Shown here one piece after another: positions 21,996-31,530 of a DNA stretch of 64,000 nt. The notes under the pieces were generated by a model. It was given only the letters and a program-made list of their open reading frames with translations. It made no database searches and had not been told where the DNA came from. This DNA is from an uncultured Lachnospiraceae bacterium (lineage in GTDB: Bacteria; Bacillota; Clostridia; Lachnospirales; Lachnospiraceae), in contig CAJTPF010000017.1 of NCBI GenBank assembly GCA_910578175.1, forward strand, positions 573 through 64,572. Direction: 5' to 3'. The translations under genes and the position numbers were made by a program. Every line of letters starts with the position of its first letter. Within the stretch, counting starts at the first letter, position 1.

Positions 21996-22008
21996 AAGGA
22001 GTCTGTAA

Positions 22009-22737
22009 ATGTATCAGATAGCGATTTGTGATGATGAGACGGAAGAGTTGGATAAAACGGAACAAATGCTGATCGGTTATGGAAAAAAATATCCGGAAAC
22101 AAAATTCATGATTCAACGTTTTGAAAGTGCAGATGAACTGCTGGATATGATCAGCAGTAACAATTATATACCGGAACTGATTCTGATGGATATATATATG
22201 CCCGGAAAAATCGGAATTGAAGCAGCCGGAGAACTACAGGAAATGGGAAACAGAGCGCGGATTATTTTTCTTACCACATCGAAAGAGCATGCGTTAGCGG
22301 CATTTGGTGTTAAGGCGTCGCAATATCTGGTAAAACCGGTATCCGAAAAAATCTTGTTTCCTGTATTGGACAGTTTGCTGGAGGAGATTGAGGAAGAGCG
22401 AAAAAGATATCTGCTGCTCCGTATTGAGGGAAGGATTCAGCGCATTGCAGTCAATGAAATTGAATACTGCGAAGCTCAGGGAAAAACACAGTATTTGCAT
22501 CTGGCAGATGGCAGAAAGTATTTGCTGCGCATAACCATGGCGAAGATCTATGAAAAGCTTTCCCGGTACCGGGAGTTTGTTAGAGTAGGAATCGCATATA
22601 TTGTGAATCTCGAACATATTGACAGTCTGAATGCCCAGGATATCTGTTTTGGTACCGGAAAGAAAATCTATCTGCCAAGGGGAGCCTATAAAACTTTAAA
22701 AGAGCAGTATTTTCGGTATTATTGTGAGGAGAACTGA
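22009..22737 (+). CDS. LytTR-family response regulator
   Basis: The REC domain (AICDDE ... ILMDIYMPGKIG) and a LytTR domain are present. Confidence 0.8.
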   Translation: MYQIAICDDETEELDKTEQMLIGYGKKYPETKFMIQRFESADELLDMISSNNYIPELILMDIYMPGKIGIEAAGELQEMGNRARIIFLTTSKEHALAAFGVKASQYLVKPVSEKILFPVLDSLLEEIEEERKRYLLLRIEGRIQRIAVNEIEYCEAQGKTQYLHLADGRKYLLRITMAKIYEKLSRYREFVRVGIAYIVNLEHIDSLNAQDICFGTGKKIYLPRGAYKTLKEQYFRYYCEEN

Positions 22738-22791
22738 CGGCCGGGAAACAGTACCAGTTTCCCGGCATGTCAGAATATATAAAAAGAAACA

Positions 22792-23274
22792 TCAGGAAAG
22801 ACCAGAAATGAATTCAGAGATATATTTATCGAATGCATGTTCCAGGGATTTATCCATCGTAAATATCTTCAGAGAGGCGCCGGTCACACAGCATGCGGCG
22901 CCGTTTTCATATTTAATATTGATAAACAGTTCATTGACATCATTTAGGGTAAGAGTGGTTTCAACGGACTCGATCAGTGAATTTATAAATGATTCGTTCA
23001 TGGCAAATATGATCTTCATTTTTACCGGTGTTTTATGTCCCTTGATCAGGTTATAACAAATAGGCCGCAGCGTTTTGTAGCTGCTTAATTTCTGTTGGGT
23101 CAATCCGTTAAATTCATCATCCGAATAGAACTCTCTGCAGATATGTCCGTCAATCCGGAAGGTATTATAGGTAGTAATGCTTATGCTGTTTACCAGAAAA
23201 GCATCGAATTTATCAGAGGCCAGCAGGAAGTTCATGAATTTTTTTAAATCTTTAATTTCTTCTGCGATCATGGT
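22792..23274 (-). CDS. Hypothetical protein (~160 aa), divergent from purO
   Basis: The ORF has RBS aaagga before the ATG (MIAEEIKDLKK). No domain was recognised. Confidence 0.4.
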   Translation of the reverse strand, partial: TMIAEEIKDLKKFMNFLLASDKFDAFLVNSISITTYNTFRIDGHICREFYSDDEFNGLTQQKLSSYKTLRPICYNLIKGHKTPVKMKIIFAMNESFINSLIESVETTLTLNDVNELFINIKYENGAACCVTGASLKIFTMDKSLEHAFDKYISEFISGLS

Positions 23275-23379
23275 AATCCTTTCAAAAAAGATAAAATATT
23301 CAGGCAAACGCAGCCTGGTAAGATATAAATAAAATCATAACATAGATAAAATGATTTTTCAAATATAATAGTTTAGGAA

Positions 23380-24067
23380 ACTATTCAGACAGAGTTGTTG
23401 TGGTTAGATTATAATTATCTGAAACAGACGCATGTATGCCCGGTGAAATTGGTTCGATGTTCCACTACAGACAGAAGGAAGTTCTTAGTGTTCTGCAACA
23501 GGTATTTTCAGACGGACGCTACCGGCGGATATTCGGCATCCTGCCTCAATTCCGCCTTTTTCTGACCTCGTGTCAGAAAATAGCTGAGATTCCAGCAGAA
23601 CACTTAGAACTTCCAATCTGTCTTCCGTAGTCACATCGAACCAATTTCACCGGGCATACATGCTGTGTGTTGACAGAATTTATAATAGAAAATCTCAATC
23701 ATCTATATTTTGTCTGAGTAAGTCACGTGGAAAGAACATAGCTGATTCTGGAAATCTGGTAGAGAACAGCAGATGTGAAAGCCTTCGGACACCGGTTGGC
23801 GATTTTCGGAAAACGTCTGATAGTTCTTGGTGTTCTGCCTGAAAAAAACAGCTATTGTCTGACAGGAGGTCAGACAAAGTCAGCAGTTGAGGCATGGATG
23901 CCGAATTGCTGACGGTAGCGTCTGCCTAAGAATATCTTCCGCAGAACACTTAGAACTATCAGGCTTTTGAAGATGAGCTAACCGGTGTCCGAAGGCTTTC
24001 ACATCTGCGTCCGGCTAGACAAATCCCCAAAGCAGAAATCTAACCACAACAACTCTGTCTGAATAGT
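23380..24067. repeat. Nested inverted-repeat complex: a 31-bp perfect outer IR enclosing two hairpin units (X 23430-23663, Y 23769-24008) with mutually inverted ~100-bp cores
   Basis: The outer IR is 23380-23410 / 24037-24067, perfect. Unit X's IR is 23430-23460 / 23633-23663, perfect over 31 bp. Unit Y's IR is 23769-23797 / 23980-24008, perfect over 29 bp. Both units share an inner 17-bp IR (agttcttagtgttctgc, one or two mismatches) at 23480-23496 / 23595-23611 and 23822-23838 / 23941-23957. Core X (23497-23594) is close to the reverse complement of core Y (23839-23940). Confidence 0.8.
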
Positions 24068-24146
24068 ATTCTATTGTAAAATATTTAAAATAATGGTATG
24101 ATAATACAATCTATGAAAACACATACATTAGGAGGTCTTTGAACGA

Positions 24147-24860
24147 ATGGAAATGATTTCAATTGAAAAGGAACTGAAAGAGAATGCCTATCCGGGCAGA
24201 GGTATTATCATCGGTAAAACACCGGACGGCACCAAAGCGGTGACTGCATATTTCATAATGGGAAGAAGCGAAAACAGCCGGAACAGAATCTTTGTGGAAG
24301 ACGGACAGGGAATCCGTACGGAAGCTTTTGACCCTTCCAGATTAACAGACCCAAGCCTTATCATATACGCACCGGTACGGGTACTGGGAAACAAGACCAT
24401 CGTAACCAACGGCGACCAGACCGATACCATTTATGAACTGATGGATAAGCAGCAAACCTTTGAGCAGTCCTTAAGAACCAGGGAATTTGAACCGGACGCT
24501 CCGAATTATACCCCGAGAATTTCAGGAATCCTGCATATGGAACATGGAGAGTATAATTATGCCATGTCGATTTTAAAGAGTAATAACGGAAATCCGGAAG
24601 CCTGTAACCGGTATACATTTTCTTATATGAATCCTGTAGCCGGAGAAGGTCATTTTATCCATACATATCAATGTGACGGAAATCCGCTTCCAAGTTTTGA
24701 AGGCGAGCCTAAATTAATTGCAGTAAAAGACAGCATGAGAGAATTTGCAGAGGATCTCTGGAGTTCCTTAAATGAAGACAATAAAGTATCTTTATTTGTA
24801 CGGTATATTGATATTGCCACGGGAAAATACGAAAGCCTGATATATAATAAAAACAAATAG
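24147..24860 (+). CDS. purO: IMP cyclohydrolase, archaeal PurO type
   Basis: The GRGIIIGKTPDGTKAVTAYFIMGRSENSRNR N-terminus is characteristic of PurO. The gene lies next to an AICARFT-only purH. Confidence 0.75.
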   Translation: MEMISIEKELKENAYPGRGIIIGKTPDGTKAVTAYFIMGRSENSRNRIFVEDGQGIRTEAFDPSRLTDPSLIIYAPVRVLGNKTIVTNGDQTDTIYELMDKQQTFEQSLRTREFEPDAPNYTPRISGILHMEHGEYNYAMSILKSNNGNPEACNRYTFSYMNPVAGEGHFIHTYQCDGNPLPSFEGEPKLIAVKDSMREFAEDLWSSLNEDNKVSLFVRYIDIATGKYESLIYNKNK

Positions 24861-24911
24861 AACGGAGCAGTCCGAATAAAATATATGGAATGAAGAAAGC
24901 AGAGGTTAAGT

Positions 24912-26090
24912 TTGATGAAAGAATTAGAATTAAAATACGGATGTAATCCGAATCAGAAACCTTCCAGAATCTATATGAATGAGGGGGAACTGCCGATTCA
25001 GGTATTAAACGGAAAACCGGGATATATCAATTTTCTGGATGCCTTTAACGGCTGGCAGCTGGTCAGTGAATTAAAAAAAGCGACCGGGCTTCCGGCGGCC
25101 ACATCATTTAAACACGTTTCTCCGGCAGGAGCGGCAGTGGGACTTCCGCTTACCGATGTGGAAAAGAAAATATACTGGGTAGAGGATATGGAAGAGTTTA
25201 CTCCGTTATCCAATGCCTATGCCAGAGCCAGAGGCGCAGATCGTATGTCTTCCTTCGGAGATTTTATATCCTTATCCGATGTCTGTGATGCGGCCACTGC
25301 AAAGCTGATCAAACGCGAAGTATCCGACGGGGTCATTGCTCCGGGATATGAACCGGAGGCACTGGAGATTTTGAAAGCAAAGAAAAAAGGAAACTATAAT
25401 GTGATTCAGATCGATCCGGATTATAAGCCGAACCCGTTGGAACGGAAAGAAGTATTTGGTATCACATTTGAGCAGGGAAGAAATGAACTTATCATCGATG
25501 ATGATTTTCTTGGCAATCTGGTAACAGAAAATAAAGAGATTCCGGAACAGGCAAAAATCGATCTGATCATTTCACTGATCACGTTAAAATATACCCAGTC
25601 CAATTCCGTATGTTATGCCAAAGGCGGACAGGCCATCGGTATCGGTGCGGGACAGCAGTCCAGAATCCATTGTACGAGACTGGCGGGATCCAAGGCGGAT
25701 AACTGGTTTCTGCGTCAGTCGCCGAAGGTACTGGGATTACAGTTTGTGGACAGTATCGGACGGGCGGACCGGGATAATGCCATAGACTTATACATTGGCG
25801 AGGATTATATGGATGTGCTGGCAGACGGCGCATGGGAGAATATTTTCAAAGTAAAGCCGGAAGTATTTACCCGGGAAGAAAAGAGAGCATGGCTGGACAA
25901 TATGCAGGATGTGGCTCTGGGTTCCGATGCGTTCTTTCCGTTTGGAGACAACATTGAGCGGGCGCATAAGAGCGGTGTGAAATATGTGGCGCAGCCAGGC
26001 GGTTCCATTCGTGATGACAATGTCATAGAGACATGTAATAAATATAATATGGCAATGTGCTTTACAGGATTGCGTTTATTCCATCATTAA
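24912..26090 (+). CDS. purH: AICAR formyltransferase (PurH AICARFT domain only, no IMPCH/MGS domain)
   Basis: The KYGCNPNQ motif matches the AICARFT KYGENPHQ signature. At ~390 aa it lacks the N-terminal cyclohydrolase domain. Confidence 0.8.
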   Translation: MMKELELKYGCNPNQKPSRIYMNEGELPIQVLNGKPGYINFLDAFNGWQLVSELKKATGLPAATSFKHVSPAGAAVGLPLTDVEKKIYWVEDMEEFTPLSNAYARARGADRMSSFGDFISLSDVCDAATAKLIKREVSDGVIAPGYEPEALEILKAKKKGNYNVIQIDPDYKPNPLERKEVFGITFEQGRNELIIDDDFLGNLVTENKEIPEQAKIDLIISLITLKYTQSNSVCYAKGGQAIGIGAGQQSRIHCTRLAGSKADNWFLRQSPKVLGLQFVDSIGRADRDNAIDLYIGEDYMDVLADGAWENIFKVKPEVFTREEKRAWLDNMQDVALGSDAFFPFGDNIERAHKSGVKYVAQPGGSIRDDNVIETCNKYNMAMCFTGLRLFHH

Positions 26091-26155
26091 TTTGATTTTG
26101 GTTTGTATGGATGTCAGGGAAAGGATTCAATCAGAAAACAGGAGGAGCAGTTTTA

Positions 26156-27364
26156 ATGGAAAAGATTAAAATGACTACGCCATTGGTGGAGATGGATGGC
26201 GATGAAATGACAAGAATATTGTGGAAGATGATAAAGGAGGAATTGCTGCTGCCTTTTATCGAGCTGAATACGGAATATTATGATCTGGGGCTGGAGCATA
26301 GAAATGCCACGGATGATAAAGTTACGGTGGAATCTGCGGAAGCAACGAAAAAGTATGGTGTTGCGGTAAAATGTGCCACCATTACCCCTAATGCGGCAAG
26401 GATGACGGAATATGATTTAAAAGAGATGTGGAAGAGTCCTAACGGAACCATTCGTGCCATTTTAGACGGAACCGTATTCCGGACACCGATCATCGTTAAG
26501 GGGATCGAACCTTGTGTCAAGAACTGGAAGAAACCAATCACCATCGCCAGACATGCCTATGGTGATGTGTATAAAGCCACGGAACTGAAAGTTGCCGGAG
26601 CGGGGAAAGCAGAACTGGTATTTACCGATGAAAACGGAACGGAGACCAGAGAGCTGATTCATGAATTTAAAGGCGCCGGCGTCATTCAGGGACAGCATAA
26701 TCTGAACGGTTCCATTGAAAGTTTTGCAAGAAGCTGTTTTACTTATGCGCTGGCTACGAAGCAGGATTTATGGTTTGCCACGAAGGATACTATTTCCAAG
26801 AAATATGACCATACTTTTAAGGACATATTTAATGAAATATTTGAGGCGGAATATGCGGATAAATTTAAAGAAACCGGCATAGAATATTTCTATACACTGA
26901 TAGATGATGCCGTTGCCCGTGTTATGAAGTCGGAAGGCGGATATATCTGGGCCTGCAAAAATTATGACGGCGACGTGATGAGCGATATGGTATCTTCCGC
27001 CTTCGGTTCCCTTGCCATGATGACTTCCGTACTGGTATCCCCGGACGGATATTATGAGTATGAAGCGGCTCACGGCACCGTACAGAGACATTATTACAAA
27101 CATCTGAAAGGGGAGGAGACGTCCACAAACTCGGTGGCTACGATTTTTGCATGGACCGGAGCTTTGAGAAAACGTGGAGAATTAGACGGAAATACAGCGT
27201 TATCGGATTTTGCCGATAAGCTGGAACAGGCATGCATTAAGACCATAGAAGACGGAAAGATGACCAAAGACCTTGCGTTGATCACAACGAATCCGAACCC
27301 GTCCGTTTTGAACAGCCGGGACTTTATAAAGGCAGTCAGAGCAACATTACAGGAGATGGTATAG
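26156..27364 (+). CDS. icd: NADP-dependent isocitrate dehydrogenase (homodimeric ~400-aa type)
   Basis: The [15 protein letters not shown] and KCATITP motifs are present. The likely start is at MEKIKM. Confidence 0.85.
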   Translation: MEKIKMTTPLVEMDGDEMTRILWKMIKEELLLPFIELNTEYYDLGLEHRNATDDKVTVESAEATKKYGVAVKCATITPNAARMTEYDLKEMWKSPNGTIRAILDGTVFRTPIIVKGIEPCVKNWKKPITIARHAYGDVYKATELKVAGAGKAELVFTDENGTETRELIHEFKGAGVIQGQHNLNGSIESFARSCFTYALATKQDLWFATKDTISKKYDHTFKDIFNEIFEAEYADKFKETGIEYFYTLIDDAVARVMKSEGGYIWACKNYDGDVMSDMVSSAFGSLAMMTSVLVSPDGYYEYEAAHGTVQRHYYKHLKGEETSTNSVATIFAWTGALRKRGELDGNTALSDFADKLEQACIKTIEDGKMTKDLALITTNPNPSVLNSRDFIKAVRATLQEMV

Positions 27365-27369
27365 TATAG

Positions 27370-28020
27370 ATGGCAGATAACAGGAGAGTCCTGCGTCCGG
27401 GACAGATTTACAGGCATTTTAAAGGGAATTTATATCAGGTGCTTACAGTGGCGGTTCATTCCGAAACGGGAGAAGAACTGGTCATTTACCAGAAACTTTA
27501 TGAAGATTTCAGGGTTCATGCCAGACCGCTGGAAATGTTTCTGAGTGAAGTGGACAGGAGAAAATATCCGAGAGTCAGACAGAAATACCGGTTTGAACTG
27601 CTGTATGAGCCGGGATTCCAGGTAAAACGGAATACCGTTTTGGAATCGACCGGATCGGCAGAGGAACCGTTGAGCGGAACAAACACAGTGCAGACAAATG
27701 GCAGCAGTGCAGGTAACGTTAACGGGATTGAGCAGAATCTTTCCGTTTTTGGAGCATTAAAAGAAGAGACTGGCGCTGCTGATGAGAATGAACAGCAGGG
27801 AGCCAATCCCTATCTGCTTCAGTTTTTAGATGCGGATACATTTGAAGAAAAGAAAAATGTATTGGTCAGCATTAAAAACCGGATGACGGACCGTCTGATC
27901 GACGATATTGCGGCGGCGCTGGATGTGACCGTGGATGAAGGAGAACTGGAAACCAGATATAACAGCTTGATGAACTGTGTGGAAACCAGAAGAAAATTTG
28001 AATGTAACCGTTTCCGGTAA
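27370..28020 (+). CDS. DUF1653-domain protein with a C-terminal extension
   Basis: The N-terminal YRHFKGNLYQVL motif is characteristic of DUF1653. Confidence 0.5.
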   Translation: MADNRRVLRPGQIYRHFKGNLYQVLTVAVHSETGEELVIYQKLYEDFRVHARPLEMFLSEVDRRKYPRVRQKYRFELLYEPGFQVKRNTVLESTGSAEEPLSGTNTVQTNGSSAGNVNGIEQNLSVFGALKEETGAADENEQQGANPYLLQFLDADTFEEKKNVLVSIKNRMTDRLIDDIAAALDVTVDEGELETRYNSLMNCVETRRKFECNRFR

Positions 28021-28046
28021 AATGGAATCTCTGCGGGATTATGATA

Positions 28047-28097
28047 AAACGGAACGAACCATGGATGTAAAAGAATTATGGTTCGTTCCGTTTTTAT
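28047..28097. terminator. Bidirectional intrinsic terminator (stem aaacggaacgaaccat / atggttcgttccgttt)
   Basis: A perfect 16-bp stem followed by T-tract lies between convergent genes. Confidence 0.7.
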
Positions 28098-28106
28098 TTC
28101 TGATAG

Positions 28107-29048
28107 TTATTCAATGATGGTTCCGATCTTCAGGCTGACACCGGCTTTTGCTTTTTCCAGATTGGTAATGATGGCTCTTCTTCCGGTTCCGGCCGCTACG
28201 AAATTGACAGCGGCTTCAATTTTCGGAAGAGTGGTCAGAGGGTTCAGTCTGTTATCAGCGATCAGTTTGTTTGCCTCAGCCACACTCAGTTTGCCCAGTT
28301 CTTTTTTCGTTCCGTTCTCATCCGTAACAGAAACATAGTCGCTGGAGGTGAGGATCAGCAGGGCGTCGGCATGGATCATATCCGCAAGCTTTGCGGCCGT
28401 ATAATCTTTTTCGATCACCGCACTGGCGCCTTTCAGGCCGGTCCGCTGGTCCAGAACCGGAATACCGCCGCCGCCGGCAGCGATCACCAGCTGGTTTGCA
28501 TCGATCAGAGCTTTGATGGCATCGATTTCATAGATGTCGATCGGTTTTGGAGAAGCAATGATCCGGCGATAACCTTTGCCTTCTTCTGATTCTTCATATG
28601 TGACATAATTTCCTTTATGTTCTTCCAGTTCCGCCTCTTCTTTGGTCATGTAACGGCCGATTACTTTGGTAGGGTTGTGAAATGCACTGTCAAAAGGGTC
28701 TACCCTGACCTGGGTGATGACTGTGGAAACCGGTTTATAAATGCCTCTGTGCAGTAATTCCGTCCGGATGGAGTTTTGTAAGTCGAAACCGATATATCCC
28801 TGACTCATGGCGCCGCAGACAGACATGGGAGCAACTGTATATTTATTGTCCAGACGGCTGAATTCCGTCATGGCAGTCTGGATCATACCGACCTGGGGAC
28901 CGTTGCTGTGGGTGATCACGATCTCATATTTTGCTTCCACTAAATCTGCTATGGCAACCGCCGCTTTCTTAACGTTTTCCTGCTGCTTCGGAAGGGTAGA
29001 GCCAAAAGCGTTCCGGCCGAGAGCAACGACAATTTTTTTTGAATCCAT
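28107..29048 (-). CDS. arcC: Carbamate kinase
   Basis: The N-terminus IVVALGRNAF...ITHSNGPQVG and full carbamate-kinase length (313 aa) support the call. It is not embedded in an arcABD operon. Confidence 0.85.
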   Translation of the reverse strand: MDSKKIVVALGRNAFGSTLPKQQENVKKAAVAIADLVEAKYEIVITHSNGPQVGMIQTAMTEFSRLDNKYTVAPMSVCGAMSQGYIGFDLQNSIRTELLHRGIYKPVSTVITQVRVDPFDSAFHNPTKVIGRYMTKEEAELEEHKGNYVTYEESEEGKGYRRIIASPKPIDIYEIDAIKALIDANQLVIAAGGGGIPVLDQRTGLKGASAVIEKDYTAAKLADMIHADALLILTSSDYVSVTDENGTKKELGKLSVAEANKLIADNRLNPLTTLPKIEAAVNFVAAGTGRRAIITNLEKAKAGVSLKIGTIIE

Positions 29049-29423
29049 ATGATAAAACCAAGTATCACATCAGTGATAACTGCCCATACAATAGTAAAAT
29101 ACTGATAAACACGCAGTATATAAAAGAAACGATAGCGGGCATCCTTTCTCAGATAATTTGTTTCTTCATACTGCCGGATGTTCCGGCCGGGAATCGAACC
29201 GGAAATCCGCTTCAAAATATAAAATCATTATAGTAGATATAACCATAAATTACAAGTAAATTCTGTTATCCGAATGTTTCGGGATGATTTTTGTAATTGT
29301 TATCCACAATTTCCACAGGGTTATACACAATAATAACTCTATTTGCACATTATTTTTTAAAAAGTCTGACAAATCATACATATTATTAATAGAATTACAT
29401 GAAAATTGTGGATAACTGTATCG

Positions 29424-31355
29424 TTAACTGTCCAGCTCCTCTGATAACTGTTCCCATTGTTCATAAAGAAAAGAAAGTTTTGCATTAATTTCTTCCTGTT
29501 CTTTAGTGATCTCTATCAGTTTTCCGGCATTGGAAGCAATGGAGACATCATTTAACCGCTCGTTTAATTCGGAAAGTCTTTCTTCCAGAACAAAGATATC
29601 CTCTTCGGTCTTTTTAAACAGATTCTGTTTTTTTCGGAGTTTTGCCTGCTCTTCTTTTTGGGATTTCCAGTCATTTTTTGCAGCAGTCTCTTCTAAATCA
29701 TCTCCGAAAACGGAAATCCCCGGGGATTCCGGTGCATAGACCGCAGTCAGTTCCTCTCTTTTTTCAAGATAGTAATCATAATTACCAATATAGTTTACAA
29801 ACTGCTGATTGGTCAGTTCCAAGATCCGGGTGGCGGTTTTGTTGATAAAATACCGGTCATGGGAGACATATAATACGGTACCGCTATAATTGTTTATGGC
29901 CTCTTCCAGAATCTCCTTGGAAACAATGTCCAGATGGTTGGTAGGTTCATCCAAAATCAGGAAATTGGCTTCCGATAACATTAGTTTGGCCAGGGAGATC
30001 CGTCCCCGTTCCCCGCCACTCAGTTCGGATATGCGCTTCATCACGTCATCTCCGGTAAAAAGGAACGCAGCCAGTACGTTACGGATTTCCGTAATCGTCA
30101 TGTCGGGATAAGTGTCTGACAATTCTTCGAATAACGTATTTTCCATGGTCAGAACATGGTGTTCCTGGTCGTAGTATCCGATATTAACTTTGGAACCCAG
30201 CGTAAATTCACCGGTATCACTGTGGGTCAGACCATTGATGATTTTTAGCAGGGTAGTCTTTCCGGTACCGTTGTTGCCAATGATACCAACTTTTTCCCCG
30301 CGTTTGAGCTCGAAACTGATATCCGAAAATAATCGGTGGTTTCCATAAGATTTCGAAAGGTTTTTGACGGACAGGACATCATTTCCGCTTAATATCCTGG
30401 GAGTCAGGTTTAGATGCATTTCGCTGTCGATCTCCACCGGCTTTTGAATCCGCTGGATCTTATTTAATTGCTTTTCCCGGCTTTCTGCCCGGCGGACGGA
30501 TTTTTCCCGGTTGAAGGAGCGGAGCTTTTCAATGACCGCTTCCTGATGTCTGATTTCCTTCTGCTGATCGTAATACTGTTTTAACTGTGCAGTTCTTAAA
30601 CTTTCTTTTTTTATGGCATAATCGCTGTAGTTTCCCATATATGTAACGGCGGCCGTCTGTTCGATTTCGATCACTTTGGTAACGATCCGGTCAAGAAAAT
30701 ACCGGTCATGGGAAATTATTAAGACAGCTCCTTTGTAATTACCCAGAAAGGTTTCCAGCCATGCAATGGAGTTTAAATCCAGATGATTGGTAGGCTCGTC
30801 CAGCAGAATGATATCCGGTTCCGACAACAGAAGACGGCTTAAAAATACTCTTGTTTTCTGACCGCCGGATAAAGTACGGACAGGCTTGGAAAAATCGTCC
30901 TCCGAAAAACCAAGACCTTTCAGAACGCCTGTAATCTCACTTTTATATGCATAGCCGTTGTTTAATTCAAAAGTATGGGATAAACGGGAATAGTCTGCCA
31001 GCATGGTTTCCAGGGTTTCGCCGGAAGCCTGTTTCATATCGGTTTCGAGTTTCCTTAAGTTTTTTTCTATCTGAATGATATCTTTTTTAACCTCCAGCAT
31101 TTCATCATAAATCGTACGGTTTCCGGAAATATCCGGATGCTGGGATAAATATGCCAGTGTTTTGCCTTTTGAAACGATTACGTCTCCGGAATCCGGTGTC
31201 AGTTCGCCGGTTATTATTTTAAACAAGGTAGATTTTCCGGCACCGTTAATACCGATCACAGCTGCCTTTTCATGGTCTTCGATATGGAAGGAACAATCGG
31301 ATAAAATGGTTTTTCCGTCAAAGGTCTGATTTATGTTATTACAGGAAAGAATCAT
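29424..31355 (-). CDS. ABC-F family ATPase (tandem ABC domains, no TMD; translation factor / ribosome protection type)
   Basis: There are two Walker A motifs (GINGAGKST, GNNGTGKTT), two signature motifs (LSGGQK, LSGGER) and a C-terminal coiled coil. Confidence 0.85.
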   Translation of the reverse strand: MILSCNNINQTFDGKTILSDCSFHIEDHEKAAVIGINGAGKSTLFKIITGELTPDSGDVIVSKGKTLAYLSQHPDISGNRTIYDEMLEVKKDIIQIEKNLRKLETDMKQASGETLETMLADYSRLSHTFELNNGYAYKSEITGVLKGLGFSEDDFSKPVRTLSGGQKTRVFLSRLLLSEPDIILLDEPTNHLDLNSIAWLETFLGNYKGAVLIISHDRYFLDRIVTKVIEIEQTAAVTYMGNYSDYAIKKESLRTAQLKQYYDQQKEIRHQEAVIEKLRSFNREKSVRRAESREKQLNKIQRIQKPVEIDSEMHLNLTPRILSGNDVLSVKNLSKSYGNHRLFSDISFELKRGEKVGIIGNNGTGKTTLLKIINGLTHSDTGEFTLGSKVNIGYYDQEHHVLTMENTLFEELSDTYPDMTITEIRNVLAAFLFTGDDVMKRISELSGGERGRISLAKLMLSEANFLILDEPTNHLDIVSKEILEEAINNYSGTVLYVSHDRYFINKTATRILELTNQQFVNYIGNYDYYLEKREELTAVYAPESPGISVFGDDLEETAAKNDWKSQKEEQAKLRKKQNLFKKTEEDIFVLEERLSELNERLNDVSIASNAGKLIEITKEQEEINAKLSFLYEQWEQLSEELDS

Positions 31356-31530
31356 GGTATAAACTCCTTTATATCTTTCTAAAATAGTATCATGATATAA
31401 ATATAATGGATATTTCTGAAAAAGTAAATCCGCTTTCTATTTTTTTTGAAATGATTGTTTAAATATTATCAAAGTTGTGCTATAATGTGATAAGGTTTGC
31501 TTTATAGAATGGGAACGAGGATGGTGCCAT

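Noticed and set aside
23436-23895. Small ORFs (64, 60 and 66 aa) inside the palindrome complex
   Set aside because: They run through the arms of perfect inverted repeats and have no RBS. The region is better explained as structured or repeat DNA.
24061-24146. ZTP (pfl) or purine riboswitch expected upstream of purO/purH
   Set aside because: No GGGUCGUGAC / CCGCCUGGGCA-like pseudoknot elements or guanine-aptamer junction motifs were seen in the proximal leader or in the 50-bp purO-purH gap.
29150-29215. tRNA T-loop-like motif (GGTTCGATTCCCGG on the minus strand) upstream of arcC
   Set aside because: Only a short hairpin (ttccgg...ccggaa) is present. No acceptor pairing, D-arm or anticodon arm can be built, and it is not adjacent to integrase or att-like repeats.
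31440-31530. Rex operator upstream of rex (ttgtgctataatgtgataa)
   Set aside because: Only one TTGTG half-site is present. The second half is not the inverted TCACAA, and the overlap with a -10-like tataat makes a promoter the simpler explanation.
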